From positions 1,649-65,648 of the forward strand of contig JBHJHM010000076.1 of NCBI GenBank assembly GCA_050330865.1: a stretch of 64,000 nucleotides of DNA, read 5' to 3'. Position numbers and translations under genes: made by a program. The DNA is from Leptolyngbyaceae cyanobacterium (GTDB lineage Bacteria > Cyanobacteriota > Cyanobacteriia > Phormidesmidales > Phormidesmidaceae). A model generated the notes under the pieces. The model worked only from the letters and a program-made list of their open reading frames with translations, did not search any database and had not been told where the DNA came from. Positions 32,125-41,237 of this stretch are shown here, one piece after another. The first letter of the stretch is position 1. Each line of letters opens with the position of its first letter.

Positions 32125-32943
32125 ATGTCTGGATGTTTCCGAAACAGAGGTACCCATTACTGCACGCTGATTCTCGGATGTTTACTCTGGTTTGGGTGTG
32201 CCTCTTCGACGACAAGTCAGCCTAAAAAACTTTCCACAGCCAGCGTTCCTGGCTCAACATCTGCAAAACCAACGCAACAATACGAGATTGATTCTGAAGT
32301 TGAGTTAAACAGCCAGTTTTTAGCAAAGATCGAGCAGATACCGGATGATTTCGCCAAGCGATACTACATGCACGGCATCCATGAGTTGTCTAGACAAGCT
32401 CAGCGGGATCCAGCTAATCAAGCGATCTTAAAAAAGCTAATTACACATCAGGAGAAGACTCTACAAATCTTTCAAGCTTGCGGTCATTCCGCCAGCTCCG
32501 GCGACATTATCTTCGACTGGCAAGCAATACCCTATGCTCAGTTTTGGGAAAGAGCAGATAGCAGTTATCTGATCTTACTGATTTGTAATAGCAGCAGAAA
32601 TCGTTCCATCGTGCCTGCAATCTTCTCAGAAGCAAAGGGTGAAGCCCAGCTTAAAATGCTTAAACTGACTCAGTTTCGCCAGGGAGAAGACGGCGAAATT
32701 TATCAAGTCGAGTCTCATAAGGGTATCGGGAGGCCATTCCCCGACGAGCCTTACGAATGGTTTAACCCAGAGACACAGGAATTAAAACTCTGGTTACAGA
32801 TGGCAGGAGGAACCAATCCCTGTGGAACCAGAGCAACATATCGCTTGCAGCACGATGAGTTTGTCCTACAAAAATTTACCGCCCTGTTCGACTGCGATCG
32901 CCTCGGAGCCACCATGGATGACCATGAACAAATCTATCCGTAG
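32125..32943 (+). CDS. Hypothetical secreted/lipoprotein
   Basis: 272 aa with an N-terminal hydrophobic segment ending in FGCASS. Confidence 0.55.
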   Translation: MSGCFRNRGTHYCTLILGCLLWFGCASSTTSQPKKLSTASVPGSTSAKPTQQYEIDSEVELNSQFLAKIEQIPDDFAKRYYMHGIHELSRQAQRDPANQAILKKLITHQEKTLQIFQACGHSASSGDIIFDWQAIPYAQFWERADSSYLILLICNSSRNRSIVPAIFSEAKGEAQLKMLKLTQFRQGEDGEIYQVESHKGIGRPFPDEPYEWFNPETQELKLWLQMAGGTNPCGTRATYRLQHDEFVLQKFTALFDCDRLGATMDDHEQIYP

Positions 32944-33081
32944 AGTTGGCTGCTTCAAAACGGTGGGCATGGGTATCGGTGAATGTTGGCTGCTTCGTAA
33001 TGGTGGGCATTGGGGTAGTGGTGAGGGCTTGATGGGTTTTCCCGTACACCAATTCCTACCCTACAGCTGCTTAAATCCGTT

Positions 33082-33161
33082 CCCTATTTGCCAAACCGCT
33101 ATTTCCCGTTTCCCTTACACTCCCCTGTTCCCTGTCCCCTATTCCCTGTTCCCTGTTCCCT
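33082..33161. repeat. C-run array ending in a degenerate TTCCCTG heptamer tandem repeat
   Basis: The sequence tcccctgttccctgtcccctattccctgttccctgttccctg lies in the convergent intergenic region. The complementary strand carries 7 or more GGG runs with 4-nt spacers. Confidence 0.8.
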
Positions 33162-33180
33162 GAACACGACAATGCCTAAC

Positions 33181-33714
33181 CTAAGTCGGCGGTGCCTGAT
33201 AGCCCTGGATATTTTCAGGCCGAAAGCGGCGAATAATGGGCGTTGCTACGCGAATATCCGTATCCGAGCCACGCACGACTAGCAGATACTTACCTGCATT
33301 CAGGCGGTTGCGATAGGACAGCGCATCGCCACTACCAATCGCGGCCCCAACACCACCCCCGACAAAAAACGCACCCATTGCACCAGAGCCTGCGCCTAGC
33401 AATCCACCCAAGATTTGGTTTCCCAGCGTGCCAGCCCAGGGAAATGTATCGAGTCCTGTGATGGCGTTAAAACCAAACCCGGCGATAAACCCAAACGGAA
33501 TCAGCCAGACCATCATGCCGCGCATTTGTTTCCACGCCTGATTCGCCGGGTCGATTAAGCCATACTCATCGGCACTCTTGAAGCCTCTGCCTAGAATCGC
33601 CACCTCCTGCATCGCAAACTCTGCCGCCTCTAGGGCTGCATAAGCCTCCTCCACCTTGATGCGATCGCTCAAAACAGCCACAAGATAATTCATGAATCCA
33701 ACCAACATCGACAC
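33181..33714 (-). CDS. Hypothetical membrane protein with glycine-zipper segment
   Basis: 177 aa with TM segments MVWLIPFGFIAGFGF and GGLLGAGSGAMGAFFVGGGVGAAIG. Confidence 0.55.
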   Translation of the reverse strand: MSMLVGFMNYLVAVLSDRIKVEEAYAALEAAEFAMQEVAILGRGFKSADEYGLIDPANQAWKQMRGMMVWLIPFGFIAGFGFNAITGLDTFPWAGTLGNQILGGLLGAGSGAMGAFFVGGGVGAAIGSGDALSYRNRLNAGKYLLVVRGSDTDIRVATPIIRRFRPENIQGYQAPPT

Positions 33715-34052
33715 ACTCCCTAATTATCGCGTGTCCCGAGAGGTCTTCGGTGTTTGGAGGTGCATTGCCATGATGTTCAAAATTCTGCGACCTCCCTTAA
33801 TCCCTCCTTGGCAAGGAGGTAGACTGTGTTCTCACATTCGTAAAGGGGATCGATAAAGGGGCTACATGCCGCTTCTGGATCATCTGAGGACTTGTGTGCA
33901 TAAAGCAGAACCTTTACCTCATCATCCCCTACTCATCTACCCTCCTACCCATTCACCCATCCACTCTTCCCCCCACATCCCTCTACCCACAACCCTATCT
34001 TTTAGCGTAGAGTCGAGGTGTCGAAACGCAACCAGCGGAAAGGGGACTTGGC

Positions 34053-34940
34053 GTGAATTTTCAGTCTGTGATTACGACACTACACACGTTCTGGAGTGAG
34101 CAGGGATGTCTGATTGTGCAGCCCTACGACACAGAGAAAGGCGCAGGTACGAAGAGTCCTCATACATTTTTACGCGCGATCGGCCCCGAGCCTTGGTCGG
34201 TGGCATATGTAGAGCCGTGTCGTCGCCCTGCTGATGGACGCTATGGCGAAAACCCGAATCGCTATCAGCACTATTTTCAGTACCAGGTACTGATCAAACC
34301 CTCACCGAGTAATATTCAAGACGTTTATCTGGATTCGCTGCGAGCCTTGGGCATCAAGCCCGAAGATCACGATATTCGCTTCGTTGAAGACAACTGGGAA
34401 GATGCCGCTGTGGGAGCCTGGGGGGTTGGCTGGGAGGTGTGGCTCGACGGTATGGAGATCACCCAGTTCACTTACTTTCAGCAGTGTGGTGGCATCGATT
34501 GTCGCCCCGTGTCGATTGAGCTGACATACGGACTGGAACGCTTGACGATGTACTTACAGGAAGTCGATGCGATCGCCAAAATCCAGTGGAATGACGCCTT
34601 GACCTATGGCGATGTCTACATGCAGAGCGAGATCGAGCACTCCCAATACAATTTTGATGAGTCCGACGCCGAACTCCTCTTTACGCTGTTTACCCTTTAT
34701 CAAAAAGAAGCCGAGCAGCTAATGGATAAGGGACTGGTGCTACCTAGCTATGACTATGTTTTGAAGTGCTCCCACACCTTTAACCTGCTAGATGCGCGCG
34801 GCGTTATTTCGGTGACCGAACGAACGCGCTATATTCGGCAGGTGCGATCGCTGGCTCGACGTGTTGCCCAACTCTATCTAGAACAGCGTGAGGCATTAGG
34901 ATTCCCGCTTTTGCAAGAAGCTGCGAAAACAGCTGCGTAA
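34053..34940 (+). CDS. glyQ: Glycine--tRNA ligase alpha subunit
   Basis: 295 aa with a GTG start. It shows [44 protein letters not shown] and TYFQQ.GG. Confidence 0.93.
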   Translation: MNFQSVITTLHTFWSEQGCLIVQPYDTEKGAGTKSPHTFLRAIGPEPWSVAYVEPCRRPADGRYGENPNRYQHYFQYQVLIKPSPSNIQDVYLDSLRALGIKPEDHDIRFVEDNWEDAAVGAWGVGWEVWLDGMEITQFTYFQQCGGIDCRPVSIELTYGLERLTMYLQEVDAIAKIQWNDALTYGDVYMQSEIEHSQYNFDESDAELLFTLFTLYQKEAEQLMDKGLVLPSYDYVLKCSHTFNLLDARGVISVTERTRYIRQVRSLARRVAQLYLEQREALGFPLLQEAAKTAA

Positions 34941-35003
34941 TTCAAATAGATGTGGCATGTTAAGACATGTTACGCCCAATGACGCAGCAAGGAGACTTCT
35001 TCA

Positions 35004-35486
35004 GTGGCTTCTCAAATCACGGCTTTTTTGAAACCAATCGCAGACTGGTTTGCTGGTTTTAACCTGCCTGAACCCATTGTCCATTGGGGGCATCCCGCCA
35101 TGATGGGCATCGTTATTTTTGTCTTAGGAATTTATGTGGCCTGGGCCGGTTGGCAAGGACGCACGGCGCAAGATGCGGATGTTGCCCTTAAAGCCCGTAA
35201 CGACCATCACAAACTGGCTCCTCTGATGTTTCTCTTCATTGCTCTGGGATACACGGGCGGCGTCCTTTCGCTGGTCATGCAGGGTCAGCCGATTCTGGAA
35301 AGCCCCCACTTCTGGACAGGGACTGCGGCAGTCGGTCTGCTGGGTTTGAATGGAGTCATTTCGGGTACGAAGTTTGGCGGCGGTCAGGCTGCTCTGCGAA
35401 CAACCCATGCTTACCTCGGCAGTATTGCCATGATTCTGCTGTTCGTTCATGCAGCTTTTGGGATGAAGCTGGGCCTCTCGCTCTAA
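35004..35486 (+). CDS. DUF4079-family membrane protein
   Basis: 160 aa with 4 TM helices and conserved His residues (HWGHPAMMG and HAYLG). GTG start. Confidence 0.6.
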   Translation: MASQITAFLKPIADWFAGFNLPEPIVHWGHPAMMGIVIFVLGIYVAWAGWQGRTAQDADVALKARNDHHKLAPLMFLFIALGYTGGVLSLVMQGQPILESPHFWTGTAAVGLLGLNGVISGTKFGGGQAALRTTHAYLGSIAMILLFVHAAFGMKLGLSL

Positions 35487-35524
35487 GGATTCGCGGGTGG
35501 GGAGCAGTTCGTCCCAGGCGTTTG

Positions 35525-35563
35525 ATGTGTTTGACTTCGACTACGCTCAGTCAAACACATTTG
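35525..35563 (+). terminator. Candidate terminator after the DUF4079 gene
   Basis: 12-bp stem (35525-35536 pairs with 35549-35560) and a 12-nt loop, followed by ttg. Confidence 0.45.
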
Positions 35564-35935
35564 CTCTGGAGAGAGTTTTGTTATTAAAGCCAACTTCTTT
35601 AAACTGCCATTAACTTGCGTTAACCCCCTCTAGACTTGGTTGTTCACCGTGGTACTTTAGTAAATAAGAAAGACAACTGAATAAACATACAAGCTTCTTC
35701 AAATCCTTCCGAGGATAGGAGCTGGTGATAGCCTCAAAACTAACAATATTTCTGTTTTGCAAAACACAATAAGACGGGCTATGGATACATTCCAACCCGA
35801 TATTTTTGAGCCAGTGCTTTTGCAGAACGAAGTAAACCCTTGAAAGATTTTGTCATAGCTCATTCAGTAAGTTTTGCCTAAATCTTAAAAGCTACAAGCT
35901 TTGAAAATATTTCAAAGAGCTTCAGTTAGGTCTGC

Positions 35936-36689
35936 CTAATTGAAGCTCTTTGAGTTCTGATTATCATCAAAATTGGTTGCGTTTTTGAATTGAACCAAGA
36001 TCATTCTCTCTATTTTCTTCCAATTTGACTTCGACACAGCAATTGATAAAGCTTTTTCAAAAATTTCACTTCTGTTATTAGGTAAGTTTTGCTTTTTCCC
36101 ATATACCAAGCATAAGAAAGTCAGAAGCAAGGGAGTTCTCGAAAGCTGCGTTATAGGCTCATTCTCCGGAGAATTCAATACACGAATGAACTTTTGAGAG
36201 ACTTTCATATCCTGGTCGAGATCAGAACTAAACCAGTTTTCAATGAAATTCTCAACTTGCTTATCGCTGAGTGTGGAAATTCTGACATCTGAGAACGACT
36301 TAAGCTTAGATTTATATGCTGCTTCTCTACAAGAAACTAAAAAACGATTTCCATCATATCTATCAGCAAAGTCTTCAATTTCGGTGATAACTTGATTAAA
36401 CCTATCTCTTAGAACTTCATCTAAGCCATCTAAAAGAATCAACAATCTTCCAGCACTTAAAAGTGCTTCTGTAAATACTATATGTTCTGGAAATCCGCAA
36501 ATTCCAAACTCATTTGCTATCATCTCTGTTTATATTAAATTCAGTGTCATTAACCCTTTTTAGTTCAATGAAAACTGGAATGCATAAGTGTTTATAGTTA
36601 CCTTTCTTACCTTTTATTGCCTCCACTCCAATTTTTCGAAGAAAAGTAGTCTTGCCGGTGCCTGGTTTTCCTAATAGCATTAAGTTTTC
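35936..36689 (-). pseudogene. NACHT/STAND P-loop NTPase remnant (N-terminally truncated by the IS, frameshifted)
   Basis: The minus-strand translation next to the IS boundary gives ENLMLLGKPGTGKTTFLRKIGVEAI...CIPVFIELKR (Walker A), then a stop. The remainder (LLILLDGLDEV Walker B and so on, ORF 35936-36523) continues in another frame. Local GC is visibly lower than in the flanks. Confidence 0.65.
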
Positions 36690-36705
36690 CTGACACTACC
36701 GTTTT

Positions 36706-37500
36706 CTATGTCATAGCTCTGCGACCCTGGCAAGATGCACAAACCTGTAGATTATGCAGCCAATGTGGATGATATTGCTTCTGGTTGAGCCGATGAGCCA
36801 GACTTTGATAAACCCGAACTTGTCCACTGCAAGGAGCAAAGGGCCGAAAGTTGTTCAGTAACGCCCAGCCTCGTAGCCTCAGTTCGCTGGCTGGCAGATG
36901 GCCATGTAAGCCGCGACCGTGGTAAAGAAACCGGGTCAGTCGATTCATCAGTCGATCCACTAAATTGCTGGTGCGGTGGCATCCTGGGTGACGGTAACTG
37001 AGGGCATACGGGTCCGTACGCTGCCACAACTTAGCTACCATCGCAGCGATCGCCTGAGGCCAGGTTTCCTGCTCAAACCAGGTGCGAAAGTGAGCCATCT
37101 GTTGGGCAAAGGCCTCCCCAGTTTCGGCTCGATAGACCGCCCACACCTTCTGATGTAAATCACGGCGCTTGCGGGAGCGGTCCCGAATCTTTAAGAAGCC
37201 ATGTAGAAAGCACAAAATGGGGACAATGGTCGAAAACAGAGCGCTAAAAGCATTTTGCGTGGCCCACCACCCATCGGTATTGACGGTTTCTGGGGCATAG
37301 GCGGGGTCAAGCGTCCGGGCTTCGGTGGCAAAGACCCCATAGGCTTCGCTCAGAGGCGCTTCATCGGCAGCGGCACTCAAGGCGATGTCGAGAATACAAC
37401 CCGCTCCGGCGGCAAACGCCACATAGCCCTTCTGAGCGCACCCATCAGCGTGATGCTCATCGGCCACCAAGTGGACCGGCAATTGGCTTGCTATCGGCAC
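36706..37500 (-). CDS. Transposase, catalytic DDE part (split ORF)
   Basis: 264 aa with DDE-like blocks LVADEHH, NTDGWW and RTSNLVDRLMNRL. IS family not assigned. Confidence 0.6.
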   Translation of the reverse strand: MPIASQLPVHLVADEHHADGCAQKGYVAFAAGAGCILDIALSAAADEAPLSEAYGVFATEARTLDPAYAPETVNTDGWWATQNAFSALFSTIVPILCFLHGFLKIRDRSRKRRDLHQKVWAVYRAETGEAFAQQMAHFRTWFEQETWPQAIAAMVAKLWQRTDPYALSYRHPGCHRTSNLVDRLMNRLTRFLYHGRGLHGHLPASELRLRGWALLNNFRPFAPCSGQVRVYQSLAHRLNQKQYHPHWLHNLQVCASCQGRRAMT

Positions 37501-37975
37501 TGTTGTCCCAGACTAAACGATTGCGCCCCAACCGTTCCAGGTGCCGATGCCAAAACATATCATTGCCTCCGAATACAGTCGTCACCACCCAGCAGGGGAC
37601 GCCCAACGAGAGCAGGAGCAGAGGATGCTCTAGCGCCTCGACAGTACCGCTCATATAACTGAGCACAAAACTCGGGCGTAAGCTGTACACCTGCTCTTGG
37701 ATGCGCACCTGCCGCAACCGAATACCGGGCAATTTCTTCGACTCGGGCAACCGTCCCGTTAACCGATAACCGTTGGCAATAGCTCCTGGAAAAAGTTCTG
37801 GCGACTCAGCCCACACCTTTTCCACAAAGGTGCGTACTTGCTGAGCGTCGGCCCAAATCGCATCATACTGTTCGCGACTCATGGGCAGGCAGATTTGTTT
37901 CGACCCGCGCGCCGTAGACGCTTTGGGTGCGCTACGATGACGCTGACACGACCGGGTTTGTCGAATTGTGGCCAT
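37457..37975 (-). CDS. Transposase, N-terminal part (split ORF)
   Basis: 172 aa inside the IS. It overlaps the downstream ORF by 44 nt in a different frame. Confidence 0.6.
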   Translation of the reverse strand: MATIRQTRSCQRHRSAPKASTARGSKQICLPMSREQYDAIWADAQQVRTFVEKVWAESPELFPGAIANGYRLTGRLPESKKLPGIRLRQVRIQEQVYSLRPSFVLSYMSGTVEALEHPLLLLSLGVPCWVVTTVFGGNDMFWHRHLERLGRNRLVWDNSADSKPIAGPLGGR

Positions 37976-38411
37976 AGAGCTTTAACCTTTTTGCCTAGAG
38001 AACAAAAAGGATAGGCGATTGGCTCCGGTTTAGTCAGCCTGGTTGTGTTTCCTTACAGACGTAGAATCCATACGGACATAGAAAACGGTAGTGTCAGCAA
38101 AATTCAAACCTAAGGCAGATAAGCCTTCCCAGCATTCTGAATAGTGAGCATACTTCTGCCGTGATGTACTAGCCAAACCTGACACAGCTTCGCAGGAGGC
38201 TGCCAGTAAAAACCTGGCACGTCAGTTCGCTTAAAGTCGTAACCTAGAGATTTCAACTGAGCTAGATGATCTTCGACGTAGCAGGCTTCGACGTAGCAGG
38301 GGGTATGGGCAAAGGTTACTTCTTCTTCGTGGAGTGGTCAGAGTTATCTTGCAGCATCTTCAGTGACGCGCTAGTCTGCAGGCTTAAACATATCTGGGAT
38401 GCCAATTAGCG

Positions 38412-39134
38412 ATGTCTCAACCTAAAGCTATTGTGCTCTTATCAGGAGGTCTGGATTCGGCGACAGCAGCGGCTCAGGCGATCGCCGATGGATACACACC
38501 TATTGCGTTGTCTTTTCGCTACGGACAACGTCACGCCCGTGAACTAGACGCTGCCCGCAAGATTTCAACCGTACTTGGCATCCAAGAGCACTACGTTATG
38601 GATGTGAATTTATCCCAATGGGGCGGCTCCTCCTTGACGGACCCAGACAAGACCTTACCCCAGACTGGCGTTGAACCTGATGCCATACCCTCCACTTATG
38701 TGCCAGGTCGCAACACTGTATTTATCGCTATTGCCTTGTCTCTCGCTGAAGCCAAAACAGCTCAGGCTATCTATCTGGGCATCAATGCAGTTGACTATTC
38801 CGGCTATCCTGATTGCCGCCCTGAGTATCTCGAAGCATTTCAAACATTGGCAGCGTTATCCTCCAAAACGGGACTTGAAGGAAAGGCTCCTACCCTAGTC
38901 GCGCCCTTGGTGAGAGATACAAAGGTAGCAATCGTTAGACGCGCTCTACAGCTGGGTGTCCCAATTGAGGAAACGTGGTCGTGCTATCAGGGCGGACACA
39001 TTCCCTGTGGACTCTGCGATTCTTGTCGCATTCGCGACAAGGCCCTGATTGATGCCGAGCGATCAGATCTAGCAACGCCAGTGGGTCGAGGGTTACACCT
39101 TGAGACGACACGCACTTCGGCTTCAGGGTCGTAG
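38412..39134 (+). CDS. queC: 7-cyano-7-deazaguanine synthase
   Basis: 240 aa with an [10 protein letters not shown]-loop, VPGRN and a C-terminal Zn-binding CxxC...CxxC cluster (CGLCDSC). Confidence 0.9.
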   Translation: MSQPKAIVLLSGGLDSATAAAQAIADGYTPIALSFRYGQRHARELDAARKISTVLGIQEHYVMDVNLSQWGGSSLTDPDKTLPQTGVEPDAIPSTYVPGRNTVFIAIALSLAEAKTAQAIYLGINAVDYSGYPDCRPEYLEAFQTLAALSSKTGLEGKAPTLVAPLVRDTKVAIVRRALQLGVPIEETWSCYQGGHIPCGLCDSCRIRDKALIDAERSDLATPVGRGLHLETTRTSASGS

Positions 39135-39249
39135 GCGTATTGGGACTAAAGCTGCAATTGTTTCAGGCACTGAAGCAATTCAACGGGAATACTTTTGTTG
39201 TAGGCCAATCGCTTACAGACGAAGTTATTAGAGAACCGTTGAATTAGCC

Positions 39250-39900
39250 ATGAAAACGCACCCTCTGGTTGCAATGTTTCTCTTATGCCTATCATTGTCG
39301 TTTTGCCGCCGTACCCTCATCCCGAATGTCTCTCAGGGTCAAGAGCGTTCAAATGAGGCGTCCATCGGAGTAGCGTTACCTCGCGATCCGCTTGAGGTGA
39401 CACTGCAAGTTGAGGCAACCGAACCTGAACCCCAGCAGCTGCGCATCGCTGGAAGAACCAACTTACCTGATGGCTTCGTAATGCGGGTCAGCGCTTGTCG
39501 GATGCTAGTCGCGCCAGAAGAGGCTGGCTCAGAAAAGTTCACGCGGGGGAGCTGCGGTCCTGATACCTACACTGAATTTCAGGATGTCAAGGTTACTGAA
39601 GGCAGGTTCATCGCCTGGTTTGAGGTCCCGACGGTCGATGCAGCGCGCCAAATTCAGATGGACTACCTTGAGCAAAGGGGAGACAATCAGTGGTACCGCG
39701 AGGCTGTACCTTGGGAGTTCGTAAAGATTGAAGTTAGCGGCTATCCGAAGCTGCAACCAGATGCTGTTTTGCAGGTTATTGGAGGGCAAGAAGGCCGCAA
39801 TCTTACTGGCCACAGGGTTCGTAAACACCAAAACAGCTTTTCTGACAGCAACGAAGCCCCTTACAATTACGTTACGTGGCGAACTAACTTCAAGATGTAA
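39250..39900 (+). CDS. Hypothetical secreted/lipoprotein
   Basis: 216 aa with signal peptide MKTHPLVAMFLLCLSLSFC. Confidence 0.5.
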   Translation: MKTHPLVAMFLLCLSLSFCRRTLIPNVSQGQERSNEASIGVALPRDPLEVTLQVEATEPEPQQLRIAGRTNLPDGFVMRVSACRMLVAPEEAGSEKFTRGSCGPDTYTEFQDVKVTEGRFIAWFEVPTVDAARQIQMDYLEQRGDNQWYREAVPWEFVKIEVSGYPKLQPDAVLQVIGGQEGRNLTGHRVRKHQNSFSDSNEAPYNYVTWRTNFKM

Positions 39901-40105
39901 CCTTACTGACCGCCATAGACAAGATCATTAGCATCAGCATCGCAAGGCATCCAAAATTGACGGGCGAACACCGCTGCTCTTGTACCCCGTAAAAGTTGGG
40001 CAAAGATACTTGATTTCGGCAACCGCCATCCCTGAATGTCCTTCTAGGCATCATGATAAGCAGAGGCATCATTGAGGATGCCACAACACATCCGCTAGTT
40101 TTCTT

Positions 40106-41167
40106 TTATTGACGTTTGCATAGCAGTAGGCCAAACCATTGCTTTGCGTCCGTAAAAGTCTCAACCGCCTGCAATCCATGCGCCCCTAGTTCTTGAGACA
40201 AGATATCCAGGTCAAACTTGCGGGAGATTTCGCTCAACAGACGTTCTCCTCGGTCAAAGTGGACGGTGAGGTTCAGCGCTTTTAGCGTAATGGTTTGATC
40301 CCGTAGACTTTCGATGTACATTTCAATCTGTCGATCGCGATCGTTGTAGATCGCCAAATGGCGAAACTGGGTTAGGTCAAAATCACCTTGAAAGCGCCAG
40401 TTGAGATGGCTCAGCATGTTGAGGTTAAAGGCTGCTGTAATTCCCTGAGAGTCGTTGTAGGCCGCTTCTAACGTTGCGGTATCTTTGTGGCGATCAATAC
40501 CGAGCAAGAAATAATCTCCCGGCGCCAGTGCTTGACTGATGTTCTGAAAGAAAATTTGACAGCGATCAGGGGACAAATTGCCTAATGTGCTGCCGATAAA
40601 AGCAATCATGCGAAGGGGCAAGAGAGTTGAAGGAAGTGCTGCGAGGGCTCCTTCATAAGTACTCACCAAGCCATGAATACTAAGCGACGGATATTCGCTC
40701 AAAAGAGACCGCGCCGATTCTTCTAACATGCCGCCGCTGACGTCGACAGGAACGTATCGCAGCGGGCATTCGCGCTGACGATAAGCATCCAAAAGGATGC
40801 GAGTCTTGCTAGAGCTACCACTGCCCAATTCAACTAAATCACAGGAGCCAACTTGATCGACAATGGCATCGGCAAACTGTTCTAGAATCTGGCGCTCCTT
40901 GCGGGTCAGATAGTATTCCGGAAGTGCCGTAATGGCTTCAAAGAGCTGCGATCCCTGATCGTCATAAAAGTACTTCGGGGGGAGCGATTTAGGGGTTTGT
41001 GTCAATCCAGCAATGACGTCCTGTCCGTCCTCCCCTACGGTCAGGGCGTCTGCTGAAGTGCGGTATTCAATGGTGAGGCGATCGCGGGAGAGCATGGGGG
41101 GAAGCGGCGATCGCGGCAGGTCTTGCGAAAACGGAGAAGGACTTGTTGGCGAGGAATTCACAGGCAT
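40106..41167 (-). CDS. egtD: L-histidine N-alpha-methyltransferase (ergothioneine biosynthesis)
   Basis: 353 aa with KSLPPKYFYDDQGSQLFE.I..LPEYY.TR.E and ELGSGSS.KTR.LL. It lies directly downstream of egtB. Confidence 0.85.
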   Translation of the reverse strand: MPVNSSPTSPSPFSQDLPRSPLPPMLSRDRLTIEYRTSADALTVGEDGQDVIAGLTQTPKSLPPKYFYDDQGSQLFEAITALPEYYLTRKERQILEQFADAIVDQVGSCDLVELGSGSSSKTRILLDAYRQRECPLRYVPVDVSGGMLEESARSLLSEYPSLSIHGLVSTYEGALAALPSTLLPLRMIAFIGSTLGNLSPDRCQIFFQNISQALAPGDYFLLGIDRHKDTATLEAAYNDSQGITAAFNLNMLSHLNWRFQGDFDLTQFRHLAIYNDRDRQIEMYIESLRDQTITLKALNLTVHFDRGERLLSEISRKFDLDILSQELGAHGLQAVETFTDAKQWFGLLLCKRQ

Positions 41168-41237
41168 GGTTTCTCAGAATTCATCAGGGGGGTCAGCTAA
41201 AACCCCTGAGTATTCTGACACTGGATGCTGAGGATGG

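Larger units (their letters stand above)
36690..38097 (-). mobile_element. Insertion sequence, 1408 bp, 23-bp perfect terminal inverted repeats
   Basis: ctgacactaccgttttctatgtc at 36690-36712 is the exact reverse complement of 38075-38097. The repeats enclose two overlapping transposase ORFs. I could not see a target-site duplication. Confidence 0.85.

Noticed and set aside
32945-33161. Possible CRISPR-like array
   Set aside because: There are only two 26-bp imperfect repeats plus 7-bp simple repeats. There are no regular repeat-spacer units and no cas genes in the window.
36690-38097. Target-site duplication for the IS
   Set aside because: The flanks (…aagttttc | IS | caaaattc…) share no direct repeat, so none is annotated. 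The absence is used as evidence for a rearrangement instead.
38098-38411. Possible preQ1 riboswitch upstream of queC
   Set aside because: I could not find the conserved preQ1-I or preQ1-II core sequences or a matching hairpin/pseudoknot by eye. This would need an Rfam scan to exclude fully.
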